Notes under the pieces: model-generated
Databases searched by the model: none
Seen by the model: only the letters and a program-made list of their open reading frames with translations
What the model was told of the DNA's origin: nothing
NCBI GenBank assembly: GCA_040830765.1
Contig: JBFOMH010000011.1
Coordinates: forward strand, 1 to 64,000
Direction of reading: 5' to 3'
DNA length: 64,000 nt
Origin: Puniceicoccaceae bacterium
GTDB lineage: Bacteria; Verrucomicrobiota; Verrucomicrobiia; Opitutales; Oceanipulchritudinaceae
Translations under genes and position numbers: made by a program
Part shown: positions 1 through 9,811 of the stretch, in pieces
Position numbering within the stretch: the stretch's first letter is position 1
Layout of the letters: every line of letters starts with the position of its first letter

Positions 1-2071
1 ATTTCGGGGGGTCCGCGGCTCTCTGCTCGAAGTAGTCGGGGTAGTATATTTCCTGCCTGGAGCGGGCCCCGACCCAGTAGCTGACCTTGCGGGGAGTTTT
101 TTCGTTCTGGAAGGGGGGGGCAAGAGGGGCGGGCAGGGGAGCCATCCCGGCCCCACCGCCGATGTAAATCATTTCCCGCTGGGTGGGCTTGATATGGAAG
201 TCGCCGAAGGGACCAATGGCGGTCACGGTATCGCCCGCCTTGAGGTTGAAGACATAGCTTGATCCGACGCCCGGAGGACAATCCTGCCCCGGGGGCGGCG
301 TGGCGATGCGGACATTGAAGCGGAGAATGGTCTCCTTTTGCGAATTGCTGGCGAGGGAGTAGTTGTTGCGCCGATTCTCCTCCGTGTTGCTGGCGACCAG
401 ATCAAAGACATGCTGCCGCTCCCAGACCGTGGCGTAGGGCTCGGGAATATCGAACTCCCGGAAGCGGATCTGTTCGTAAGTCGGGATATCGAGCTGCATA
501 TAATCACCCGGTTGGAAATCGACGGCGTCTTCAGCGCTGGCCGGCTCGAGGACCAGTTCCTTGATGAAGGTGGAGACGCTGGTGTTGCTGACCACCTTGA
601 AGGTGTAGGTCTTCTCCTCGCGGGCACCGTCGCCACCAGCCTGGCTGATATTGAGCCAGATCCGACCGTTGCGCTCCTCGATGGGATATGTGACCAAACC
701 GCGGCAGATGGGTGCGCGGGCAGGGGAACCGTCAGTGAGGTTGAAGCGGCCATTGTGCTTTGGACACTCGACAATCCGTCCCTTGACCAGGCCATCGGCG
801 AGGTGGGTGTTGCCATGGGTGCAGAATCCGTCCGAGGCGTAGAGCTGTCCCTCGATATCCCGGTAGAGGGCATAGGTCTTGGACCCATGGTCGAAGCGGA
901 TGACATCCTCCGTGCCGAGGTCGGCCGCGGCACAGATTTCCATCCAGCCCTCCGTATCCGGACCTTTGTCCGAGCGGTAGGTGTCATCCTCCTGGGTCCG
1001 GCTGGGCTCGGGCAGCTTGCGTTTGACGTGCCATGCCGTCTCCTTCACCTGGCGCAGGATGGCGGGAATGATTTCCCGGTAGGCAACGATAAGATTCGGA
1101 TAGGGCTCCGGGCAATCGTCCTTGATGGCCTCGTGCAGCTCGCGTTGCTTGTGGTAGGGCACCAGCGGGAACATGTGGTGTTCCACGTGGTAGTTCATAT
1201 TCCAATACAAAAAGCGGTGAATCGGATTCATATAGACCGTGCGGCAGTTGAGCCGGTGGTCGAGGACGTTCTCCGCGAGGCCGGCGTGCTGGGTCAGTCC
1301 ATAAAGGACCATTAGCCAGCTGCCGAAGATGTTCGTCAGGCCGACATAGAACAGCGGCAGGACGCTGCCGGTGTAAATTGATAGCGCGATGACCGAGGCG
1401 TAGATGAATACATAGACCCGCGCGTTGCGGTAAATCTTCCCGAACTCCGTTTCTGGGATGAAGGTCTTTTCATCATCGGACATCTTGCCGAGGGAATGGC
1501 TGATGATGCCTTTGAAATACTTCGGATAGACGGTGAGGTTGAAGATGCCAAGGATGAGTGCCTTGATGTCCGGCGGGCGCGGCACGGCGATCTCCGGATC
1601 CCGCCCGACTATGATGGTGTCGCTGTGGTGACGCGTGTGGCTCCAGCGCCAGACGACCGATTCCCGCATGACCATGAAAGAGGCGATTTCGTAGAGGACA
1701 TTGTTCATCCAGTCGGTGCGGAAGGCCGTTCCGTGGCTGGACTCGTGCCAGCGGGAATCCGAGCTGCCGGCGTAGAGGGCGGCGTAGGCAAGGTAGGGGA
1801 GAATGGCCCACCAGGTACCCCAGAGCATGAAGGTGAGGTAGCCAAACCCAAAGATAAGCCCAAACCAGATGATGGTGTCGCGGATCGCCGGCCCGTTGTT
1901 GCGTTCCAGCAGTTTGCGCATGGTGGCGCGGGGGACCGGGCACTGGTACCAGTCGGCCTCCGCGAGGCCCTTTTCAATGGACTTGGTGGCGTTTTCCCCG
2001 GTCAGGCTGTAGTCGAGGTGCTTCGGCGGTTTGGTGAGGACGGCTGATGCGTGTTCAAGGTCGTCGAGCAT
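1..2071 (-). CDS. Fatty-acid-desaturase-type (MocD-like) di-iron oxygenase + Rieske (MocE-like) + NqrF-like FAD/NAD reductase fusion, copy 1; C-terminus runs off the window
   Basis: Not in the ORF track because it has no stop in the window. Translated by hand from ATG at 2071: MLDDLEHASAVLTKPPKHLDYSL...WHESSH; 53 of the first 60 aa are identical to 15709..18003. Rieske CTH...CPKH and GGGAGMAP motifs are visible. Confidence 0.9.
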   Translation of the reverse strand, partial: MLDDLEHASAVLTKPPKHLDYSLTGENATKSIEKGLAEADWYQCPVPRATMRKLLERNNGPAIRDTIIWFGLIFGFGYLTFMLWGTWWAILPYLAYAALYAGSSDSRWHESSHGTAFRTDWMNNVLYEIASFMVMRESVVWRWSHTRHHSDTIIVGRDPEIAVPRPPDIKALILGIFNLTVYPKYFKGIISHSLGKMSDDEKTFIPETEFGKIYRNARVYVFIYASVIALSIYTGSVLPLFYVGLTNIFGSWLMVLYGLTQHAGLAENVLDHRLNCRTVYMNPIHRFLYWNMNYHVEHHMFPLVPYHKQRELHEAIKDDCPEPYPNLIVAYREIIPAILRQVKETAWHVKRKLPEPSRTQEDDTYRSDKGPDTEGWMEICAAADLGTEDVIRFDHGSKTYALYRDIEGQLYASDGFCTHGNTHLADGLVKGRIVECPKHNGRFNLTDGSPARAPICRGLVTYPIEERNGRIWLNISQAGGDGAREEKTYTFKVVSNTSVSTFIKELVLEPASAEDAVDFQPGDYMQLDIPTYEQIRFREFDIPEPYATVWERQHVFDLVASNTEENRRNNYSLASNSQKETILRFNVRIATPPPGQDCPPGVGSSYVFNLKAGDTVTAIGPFGDFHIKPTQREMIYIGGGAGMAPLPAPLAPPFQNEKTPRKVSYWVGARSRQEIYYPDYFEQRAADPPK

Positions 2072-2101
2072 GATGGTTTCTCCTGTTAAGGTGGTAGTGA
2101 A

Positions 2102-3187
2102 TTATTCGTGACAGAAGGCAAATTTCGTGATGCGGCGCTGTGGATTCCCCGGGCGGACAATGATGTCCCCGAAGCCGGCTTGTGTCGTGGCGGCCGGATA
2201 ACCCTCGGTCTCAAGACAAAGCCCGGCGCAACGGGTGTAGGCGCGTTCCGACTTGCCGGTGAGGGACCCGTCAAAGTCCTTGCCGGTGTAGAACTGGAGG
2301 CAGGTCTCGGTGGTGCTGACTTCCATGACCTGGCCGGTTGGCGGGTGAAACAGGCGCGCCACGGGCCGCAGCTCCTCCGCTTCGCCTAACCAGTAGAGGT
2401 CGCCGTGCTCCTGCCATATGCCGGGAATTATGTCACCAACCCGCTTGCGGGTACTGAGGTCGCAGGGCTTGCCGGCGACGGGCTCCTTCCCGCCGAGCAG
2501 GGTCATCTCTTCATCGGCTGCGGCGACCGAGTCACTGAGTATGACCAGTTCATGGTCCTCGATCGATCCGGAACCCTCACCGGCGAGATTAAAGTAGGCA
2601 TGGTGGGTCAGGCTGACGGGAGTCGGCTCGCTGGCCGTCACCTCTGTCTCATAGAGAAAGGCATTGTCTTGAGTGACGGTATAGGTCACGGCGACGAGGA
2701 CTTCTCCCGGATAGCCTTCCTCCCCGGCCGGACTGGTGTAGCTCAGCCGTACCGACGGCGCGCCGTCCGCCCGCTCGACCCCCTCGGCCGACCAGAGCCG
2801 CTTGTCGAAGCCAATGGCCCCGCCATGGAGGTGGTTGGTCCCGTCGTTTTGCAGTAAATGATAAGGCTTCCCCTCAACCTCAATGATGCCGTCCGGGACT
2901 CGGCCAGCAATCCGGCCCACCGTCGCCCCGGCAAAAGGCTTGTTGTTGAGGTAGGCAGCAAGGTCGTTGAATCCCAGCACGACGTCGCGGCGCTCGCCGC
3001 CGCCGTCCGGAACGATCAGTCGGGAGACAATGCCGCCATAGGTCAGGACTTCCAGCTCCATGCCAGCGGCATTGCGCAGTGTCCAGGCCGTCACGTCGCG
3101 CCCATCCGGCATATCGCCGTAGGGGCGGGACGTTAAGGTGGGAGTGGTGTCCGGTGAGGGGGTAGGGGTCGATTCGGTGCTGCTCAT
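2102..3187 (-). CDS. galM: Aldose 1-epimerase (mutarotase)
   Basis: GATVGRIAGR, NHLHGG, THHAYFNL and GLCLETE motifs. Confidence 0.92.
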   Translation of the reverse strand: MSSTESTPTPSPDTTPTLTSRPYGDMPDGRDVTAWTLRNAAGMELEVLTYGGIVSRLIVPDGGGERRDVVLGFNDLAAYLNNKPFAGATVGRIAGRVPDGIIEVEGKPYHLLQNDGTNHLHGGAIGFDKRLWSAEGVERADGAPSVRLSYTSPAGEEGYPGEVLVAVTYTVTQDNAFLYETEVTASEPTPVSLTHHAYFNLAGEGSGSIEDHELVILSDSVAAADEEMTLLGGKEPVAGKPCDLSTRKRVGDIIPGIWQEHGDLYWLGEAEELRPVARLFHPPTGQVMEVSTTETCLQFYTGKDFDGSLTGKSERAYTRCAGLCLETEGYPAATTQAGFGDIIVRPGNPQRRITKFAFCHE

Positions 3188-3199
3188 CTATTATGTCAG

Positions 3200-3263
3200 G
3201 TTATAACAGATATCAGCAGTCCTTTCTTTTCGCCTGTTGTGGAATACCTCTCCTTTTTTGCAA
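3200..3263 (-). promoter_or_regulatory. Putative AraC-activated promoter of galM-oxygenase operon
   Basis: TATAAC on the minus strand at 3200-3205; the 40-bp block 3224-3263 matches 4614-4653 at 27/40 positions. Confidence 0.5.
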
Positions 3264-3281
3264 AGAGGCTTCGATAGGGAG

Positions 3282-4541
3282 CTATTTTCCCGCATTGAAG
3301 TCGCGCACTGTCTCGATCATGGCGACAACATTCTCGACCGGCGTAAGGGCCTGGACGTTGTGGATTGAATTGAAGACAAAGCCGCCTTGCTTGCCGAGGA
3401 CCTCGCAGCGCTCACGGACCTCCTTGCGGACTGCCTCGGGGGTGCCAAAGGGGAGGGTCTCCTGGGTGTTGACCCCGCCACCCCAGAAGGTGATGCGGTC
3501 CCCATACTTGGCCTTGATGGTGTTGGCATCCATGCCGGTGGCCTGGCACTGAACCGGATTGATGATATCGAATCCAGACTCAATGAGCGGATCGAGCAAT
3601 GGCTCGATGGCCCCGCAGCTGTGCTTGAAGGTCTTCCAAGTGGTGTTCTCGTGAATCCAGTCGTTTATCTTGAGGTAATAGCCCTTCCACACATCGAGGT
3701 AGGTGTCGACGGAGCAGAACTGGGAGGTCTGGGTGCCGAAATCGGTCCCGCAAATCACGACCACGTCAAGGAGCTCCCCGACAATGGAATGGAGCCGCTT
3801 CATGTTCTCGACCGCAATCTCGGTCTGGGCTTCAAAAATCTTTTTCACATGGTCAGGTTCCTCGGCCACCAGCATGTACCAGTCGGCGACCCCACGGACG
3901 CCCTTTGGATTCTTCAGGAAAGGGGCCGGCACGAGCGCGATGTCGCCCAGGCAGGTGCCGTTGAGGTGGGTCAGGATTGCCCGGTCGTTGCCCTTCATGG
4001 CTTCCGCCTCCTTGGTCCAGTAGGCGACATCCTCATCGGTCATGAGGCCGAATTCCTCAAGGTTGTCTTCCACGTGCAGGTCATCCTCATCGAAGTCCGG
4101 ATCGATGCGCTCGATGGTGTCGAAGAAGTAGCCTGTCTTCGGCAACTCTGCACTGGGCGGCGCTGTCCGGTCACCTTGAGGATAGATGACAATGGAACCA
4201 TTCGCTTTCTCGTTGGTATGAAAATGGGAAGAGACCAGAACCTCCTGTCCCCAGGGCGTCTGCCATGACTTCCAGTCCTCGTTGGGAAAGCCGAAAATGG
4301 TCTTGTAGGGAAAGATGCTGGTGGTGTCGATACCCATGGCCTCGCGGAGGTCATCCTCCACCATGCCCAGCATCTGGTAGGGCTCGGGGACTTTTACAGG
4401 CTTCTTCTCGAGACCGTAATAGTCCCGCAGTTGCTCCACCACACTGCAGTGGATGCCGGTGATGAAGGTGCTCCCGAAGTCAACCGGTATCGGGCCATCC
4501 TGATGATTGAGGGAATTGAGGACGCGTTCCTTGTGTGTCAT
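3282..4541 (-). CDS. UroD/MtaA-CmuA-fold protein (putative corrinoid methyltransferase), paralog 1
   Basis: MTHKERV N-terminus, GTDFGTQ, FKHSCG, NPVQ, FWGGGVNTQ..LP.GTPE, GGFVFNSIHNVQ. Confidence 0.8.
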   Translation of the reverse strand: MTHKERVLNSLNHQDGPIPVDFGSTFITGIHCSVVEQLRDYYGLEKKPVKVPEPYQMLGMVEDDLREAMGIDTTSIFPYKTIFGFPNEDWKSWQTPWGQEVLVSSHFHTNEKANGSIVIYPQGDRTAPPSAELPKTGYFFDTIERIDPDFDEDDLHVEDNLEEFGLMTDEDVAYWTKEAEAMKGNDRAILTHLNGTCLGDIALVPAPFLKNPKGVRGVADWYMLVAEEPDHVKKIFEAQTEIAVENMKRLHSIVGELLDVVVICGTDFGTQTSQFCSVDTYLDVWKGYYLKINDWIHENTTWKTFKHSCGAIEPLLDPLIESGFDIINPVQCQATGMDANTIKAKYGDRITFWGGGVNTQETLPFGTPEAVRKEVRERCEVLGKQGGFVFNSIHNVQALTPVENVVAMIETVRDFNAGK

Positions 4542-4588
4542 TTTGGGGTCCTTGGAATAGGTGATATTTAACAGTCGAGCTGCAGCGC

Positions 4589-4653
4589 ATTATAGCGGAT
4601 GGAGAAGCTTCAATTCTTCTTGCTCTCTCGGAAAAACCTTTCATTTTTTGCGA
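4589..4653 (-). promoter_or_regulatory. Putative AraC-activated promoter of UroD paralog 1, abutting the araC start
   Basis: Perfect TATAAT on the minus strand at 4589-4594, with the shared 40-bp block at near-identical spacing. Confidence 0.55.
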
Positions 4654-4654
4654 T

Positions 4655-5545
4655 ATGCTTGAGGATCTCAAGTTAGGCCCGGCTTACGATGGATTCCTCT
4701 TCCTTGCCGAGGCGCGGCACAACCCGCCCATCCTGCGGAGCCACCGGCATGTCGAGTTGGAGCTGAACCTAGTCACCCAGGGATCGGTGACCTATATCAT
4801 TTCCGGGAACCGCTACACCTTTTCGCGCGGGAGCATGCTGTGGATATTTCCCGCTCAGGAGCATCAGCTGGTCGACCGTACCCCGGACGCCCGTTATTAT
4901 GTCGGAGTCTTTAAGCCGGAATTGATCGAGCGGGCCTGTCACGGGGACCTCTACCAGGGGCTGAAGCAGGAGTGCGTCGAAGGGGAGGCGATCCTCAGCA
5001 AGATCCTGCTTCTGGAGCGCTATAATCTTGTTATTCAAGTCATGGATTCGCTCATGGAAGGGTCCCTTGACCCCGAACTCCTAAACCGGGAAGCGGGTTT
5101 TGGCTACCAGTCGGACTTCCGCTACGAGCATGGGGACCCGGATGCCCTAAATGCGGGATTGCATTACCTGCTGGTCCATTGCTGGAAGGTCTTTCAGTCG
5201 GAGGGAACGGGGGCCGATTCCGTCCAGCTGCACCCGGCCGTCGCCAAAGCCCTGATCCTGATCGGAGAAGATGACAATGCCACCGGATTGACCGCCCTGG
5301 CCGAGAAATGCGGCATCTCGGAGACCTACCTGAGCCGCCTGTTCAAGGAGCAGGTCGGGGTAGCGCTGAATCACTACCGCAACTCCGTCCGCCTACGCGC
5401 GTTCATGGAGCACTACCGCTCTCCTCCGAGAAAGACCATCCTGGAGTGCGTCTATGCCGCCGGATTCGGCAGCTACGCCCAGTTCTACAAGGTCTTTATG
5501 AAGTCCTATGGCTACGGGCCAAGGGAATACTTGAAAGGCGATTGA
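4655..5545 (+). CDS. AraC-family regulator (cupin + HTH)
   Basis: HRHVELELNLV cupin; YLSRLFK...AGFGSYAQFYKVF HTH. Confidence 0.9.
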   Translation: MLEDLKLGPAYDGFLFLAEARHNPPILRSHRHVELELNLVTQGSVTYIISGNRYTFSRGSMLWIFPAQEHQLVDRTPDARYYVGVFKPELIERACHGDLYQGLKQECVEGEAILSKILLLERYNLVIQVMDSLMEGSLDPELLNREAGFGYQSDFRYEHGDPDALNAGLHYLLVHCWKVFQSEGTGADSVQLHPAVAKALILIGEDDNATGLTALAEKCGISETYLSRLFKEQVGVALNHYRNSVRLRAFMEHYRSPPRKTILECVYAAGFGSYAQFYKVFMKSYGYGPREYLKGD

Positions 5546-5602
5546 TCCAGGGTCTGGGCTGGTTGGGCGAAGGCTTTCGAAAGCGCAGCCTCCGAAAAAG
5601 GA

Positions 5603-7243
5603 TCAATTGCAGAGGTTATTTTTTTCGAACCAGAGAATCTCCTCCAGGTATTTATCATAAAAGAGGGTGGCATCATGGTCCAGTGAATCACTAATCAGGC
5701 GGCATGGAACACCATGTTCCTGTAATTCCTGAAAGAGCTCCAAGGCAATCGGTTTCCGCTTCTCCCCGGTAAGGATCATCACAGCTGACCTTCCTTCCAA
5801 ATTCCGGGTCTTATTATCATATATTTCCAGCAATTCCGGAATTGTGTTTCCGCTCAGTGGATCCTGGGTTCCTGAAAGTTCCCCCGTTTGCCTGCTGGAC
5901 GGTTCGCTGGAGAAGTAATACCGGCTTCCATCAATCGCAACCGCGTAATTGAAGAGTTCCGGATATTTCAATACATACCTGACGGCCCCACCGGCACCCA
6001 TTGAGAAGCCAACAATTCCAACGCAATCCTTGGCCGTACGGTACTCTTGATTAATGTGCGGGACAAGCTCGGTGATGATGTGACTTTCGATAAATAGCTC
6101 GCCATTCGGATTATCGACATAGCCTTCATTCATCCCATTTGGGAAGACCATGATTACCTCCGGAAAGCTGCCTTTTTCGGTCTCTTGGAAGTAGTACCTG
6201 CTGTTCCAGAAGTCAGCGGTCTCGGATCCAGTGAGCCCGTGCAGGAAGTAAATTACGGGGAATCTTGTAGTTGAAGAGTCATCGTCAAAATACGTCTTGG
6301 GCAGAACAATTGAATACCCAATCCCCTTTTCGTGCAATCTGCTGTATAGAACGGTATGCCTGAATCCCCCCATTGAGGGAATAGGGTTTTGAACCGATGG
6401 ATAGGGCCTTCCCTGCCACGGTTTATTTACGAATGGCGGATCATATTGATTGGGTGTTTCGACTCCCGGGGCGGTCTTTTGCTGCCTCATCAGCCACTGC
6501 CAGAGCTCCGGATCGGCATAGGTTTCCGTCCAGGCATCGTGGCCGGCATCCGGATAGAGGGTGAAACGGACATTGCCGCCTTCGTTTTGCATTTCCTCCA
6601 CCATTTCAAGGGACTCAGAGGGCGGGATCACCGTATCGAGGGCACCATGGAAGACCCATGTCGGGATGCCGCCCAGCCAATCGGCGTAGGGAGCCGGAGC
6701 CGCCCCACTAATGGGGACCAAGGCGGCAAAGCGATCCGGGTTCTCAATGGCCAGGCACCAGGCTCCGAATCCCCCGCGGCTGAGGCCGGTGAGGTAGATC
6801 CGGTTTGTATCCACGCGATAACTATTCTCCAGATGGTCAAGAAGCCTGATGAGGGTATTGGTGTCCCAGTAGCCCTTCACTTTTGAATTTTGAGGGGATA
6901 CGACAATCATCGGAAACGCATGACCTTCCTCAATCATCCGGGGCGGGCCATGGGCCTTGACTTTTTCGATATCCGTTCCCGATTCCCCGCCTCCATGGAG
7001 AAACAGAAGTAAAGGATAAGGCTCTCTCGACTCCGCATATTTATCTGGAAGATAGAGCAGGTAATCCATCAGGAATCCGCCGCTGGTTATTGTATCCGAG
7101 ATTTCGATATCCTGGCCGTTGACGGAATCAAAGCGTTTGTGCTCCTGAAGGATTTCCTGTCCCGCTATCAATTGGGCATGAACGAAAAATGCCACCAGCA
7201 ACACTATGCTGGATCCATGGTTTCCTCGCGTGGTATACAACAT
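5603..7243 (-). CDS. Secreted tandem alpha/beta-hydrolase (carboxylesterase-like + CE1-like esterase)
   Basis: Hydrophobic N-terminus; domain 1 FLHGGGE/GLSRGG/FHGALD/GHDAW; domain 2 YFLHG/GFSMG/DH. Confidence 0.75.
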   Translation of the reverse strand: MLYTTRGNHGSSIVLLVAFFVHAQLIAGQEILQEHKRFDSVNGQDIEISDTITSGGFLMDYLLYLPDKYAESREPYPLLLFLHGGGESGTDIEKVKAHGPPRMIEEGHAFPMIVVSPQNSKVKGYWDTNTLIRLLDHLENSYRVDTNRIYLTGLSRGGFGAWCLAIENPDRFAALVPISGAAPAPYADWLGGIPTWVFHGALDTVIPPSESLEMVEEMQNEGGNVRFTLYPDAGHDAWTETYADPELWQWLMRQQKTAPGVETPNQYDPPFVNKPWQGRPYPSVQNPIPSMGGFRHTVLYSRLHEKGIGYSIVLPKTYFDDDSSTTRFPVIYFLHGLTGSETADFWNSRYYFQETEKGSFPEVIMVFPNGMNEGYVDNPNGELFIESHIITELVPHINQEYRTAKDCVGIVGFSMGAGGAVRYVLKYPELFNYAVAIDGSRYYFSSEPSSRQTGELSGTQDPLSGNTIPELLEIYDNKTRNLEGRSAVMILTGEKRKPIALELFQELQEHGVPCRLISDSLDHDATLFYDKYLEEILWFEKNNLCN

Positions 7244-7571
7244 TACCTTTAGTGATGGTGTTCTTCATCATTTCGTCAATCCACTAATAATCAGGAGCTT
7301 ACAAAATTCTGTTTTGCGTCGATTTTCTACACAGCGAGCGCGTCTTTGTTCATGTTTAGACCCGATTATTTTGCTTCCATGGGACTTGAACAATTCCGGT
7401 AAACCACCAATCCTGAAGGGGTTAAGTCAGACAGAATCGATTTTTTTCACATCTTCATCGTTATTATCAATAGGATTAATATGGGGACCTGGGATAAGGT
7501 ATCGGCGAACCTGCGGAAGACCCGCTCTACTTCAAAATCCCTCAATCATTCAGATTGCAACCAAGAGAAAT

Positions 7572-8492
7572 ATGAATGCAAACTCCTATATTGAATCCGC
7601 TGCCCTGAAGGCCCGCAATTTCGTTTGTGCGCTAATCGGTTGCGTACTTGTTGCTCCATGGACACTAACCGCCCAGGAAGCGACCAGTGAAGACGACACG
7701 GAAATATATGATCTGTCTCCATTCGTGGTAGACGCCTCTGACGATACACGTTACGCAGCGACCAACACCTTGGCGGCAACCCGTGTAAGGACCGACCTCA
7801 ATGACGTCGCCTCCTCGGTTTCCGTTTATACCAAAGACTTCCTTGAAGATGTTAATGCGACGGATGATGCCTCCCTGCTGCTCTATGCTACCAATGCAGA
7901 AGTTGGTGGAATCTCCGGCAACTTTGCTGGCGCCGGCAATGGTGGCCTTCTGGATGAAACGGCTGGTTTCCGGGCCATCTCAACAACAACTCGAGTCCGC
8001 GGCCTTGATGCCGCTGACAACACCCGCGATTACTTCCGCACCTTGATCCCTTGGGACGGATACAACGTCGATCGTGTGGACATGCAGAGAGGTCCGAATT
8101 CCGTCCTCTATGGCCTCGGCAAGCCGGCAGGCATCATCAACACCACCCTCAAGCAGCCACTTTTTGACGATTACTTTGAGATGGCCCTTCAGGTATCCAA
8201 CTGGGGAAGCGTCCGGGTAACCGGCGACTTCAACAAGGAGATTATTGATAATGAGTTGGCTGTCCGCTTCAATGTCCTTTCGGACTCCACCGAGTTTCGG
8301 CAGGATCCCGCCTACGAGGACGATGAGCGCTTCTATATCGCCGCCAAGTATCTTCCGGAGTTTCTCATCCCGGCCGGGTTTGCCCTCTTGACGGCAGGGA
8401 TCACCTGCTTTTACAAGATCGACCGCCGGATGGAGGAGCAACTGGCCGAAACGATGAAGGAGATGAAAAGGTCCGGGGAATCACTTAGGTAA
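7572..8492 (+). pseudogene. Truncated TonB-dependent receptor (signal peptide + plug + start of barrel) fused in frame to a transporter-like C-terminal tail
   Basis: LSPFVVDAS..YAATNTLAATR, RVRG, RVDMQRGPNSVLYG..GIIN plug motifs; only about 300 aa; ends IPAGFALLTAGITCFYKIDRRMEEQL. Confidence 0.75.
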
Positions 8493-8565
8493 TGCCATCC
8501 ACGGAAGGAGCGGAACGTGCGTCGAACCGGAAGCGGCTTCTATTTTGCCTCCGAGCTCCCGCTTT

Positions 8566-9708
8566 TCACTCCCCATTCAACCTTTTCTTCCGGTAGGCAC
8601 CCGGTGACAGGCCGGTGGCCTTACGGAAGGTGCGGCTGAGATGGCTCTGGTCGAAGAATCCGCACTCGAGGGCGATGGCGGACAAATTGTAACTGGTACT
8701 GACAATCAGGTGCTTGGCCCGGTTGATGCGGTACTGGTTGAGGAGCTCGGTGAAGCTACGACCCAGGCGTTCGGTCATGACCTTGCTGAAGTGACTGGGG
8801 GACATGCCGACATGGGTGGCCACATCATCCCGCTTGAGGGGTTCGTGGAGATGCTCCTCCATGTAGGTGAGGGCCTTGTTGAGGACAATGAAGTGCGGAT
8901 AGGCTTCGCTCTGATGGATTTGCTCAATAAGCGCTTCCAGCATATTGCGCAACCAGACCGCCAGATCCTCTTCGTCATCAATGGCGGAGAGGTCGGTAAT
9001 AAAGCGGTAGTTGTTGCCCAGGAGGAGAGAGGGGTCCGCCCCGGCCTCGACGGCCGCGCGGCTCATCATGACCACCAGTTCGAGGACGGAACTTTTGAGC
9101 AGTTCCATGTTCTCGTCGGCGATGGAATAGATGCTGGTCAGGATGCGGTTGAGTATGGAGCGGGCCTCCTGGGTGCGGCCCTCCTTGATGGCGGTCAGGA
9201 GGCCGGGTTCCTCCCGGAGGTAGGTGGTCCGCAACTCGTCCTTGGACCATGCTTCCTTGGAGGCTTCAATGACGAGGAAACGCTCCCGTTCCTTGAGGGC
9301 CTGCTCGTTTGCCACTTGCAGGGCGGCGGCATTGGTCAGGTTTTCCTGAATGGCGAGGCTGAATAGGCCTTGGGCGGCCTTGCGGACGCGGCGGGAAATG
9401 TCCGCCTCCCCGGATTCAAGGTCGATTCCCTGGACCACCAGGGCGCCCGTTAGCCGGGCATTTTGCATGAGTGGCACCGCCCACTGGCCAAATCCGTTTT
9501 CACAGCAAAGCCCGATGATCGGCTCCCCGAAGGAGAGGGTCTGGCGGGCGGCCTCAATCCGCTTGGCGTTGGATGCGCACCTGCAGGAACAATCGGTCCG
9601 GGGCGTATCGCCAAAAACCACCATTCCCGATTCGTCACAGACCAGAAAGCTGAAGCCAAATTCGGTTTTGTAGCGAGCGAGCAATTTACTGTAACACTCC
9701 GGTGTCAT
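8566..9708 (-). CDS. PocR-ligand-binding-domain AraC regulator
   Basis: N-terminal C..(A..A)..GEP....C..G....AVPL...G PocR-like pattern; C-terminal AraC HTH (GFFDQSHLSRTF). Start could instead be 9756. Confidence 0.8.
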   Translation of the reverse strand: MTPECYSKLLARYKTEFGFSFLVCDESGMVVFGDTPRTDCSCRCASNAKRIEAARQTLSFGEPIIGLCCENGFGQWAVPLMQNARLTGALVVQGIDLESGEADISRRVRKAAQGLFSLAIQENLTNAAALQVANEQALKERERFLVIEASKEAWSKDELRTTYLREEPGLLTAIKEGRTQEARSILNRILTSIYSIADENMELLKSSVLELVVMMSRAAVEAGADPSLLLGNNYRFITDLSAIDDEEDLAVWLRNMLEALIEQIHQSEAYPHFIVLNKALTYMEEHLHEPLKRDDVATHVGMSPSHFSKVMTERLGRSFTELLNQYRINRAKHLIVSTSYNLSAIALECGFFDQSHLSRTFRKATGLSPGAYRKKRLNGE

Positions 9709-9811
9709 TGGAAGAGTCGCAGTTTGTGATGAACCATGGTGGACTTGCAAATACATAAGGGCTCAATCAGCATCACATGGGTCCAGTCCCGAAACCCCAA
9801 TACTGCCTATC

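Noticed and set aside
338..2047. + strand ORFs 338..1315 and 1496..2047, similar to 16126..16905 and 16924..18036
   Set aside because: They are antisense shadows of the duplicated oxygenase genes; their similarity only mirrors the real paralogs.
7206..7571. N-terminal extension of the TonB receptor ORF
   Set aside because: It is AT-rich, intergenic-like and overlaps the divergent esterase start; the signal peptide follows ATG 7572.
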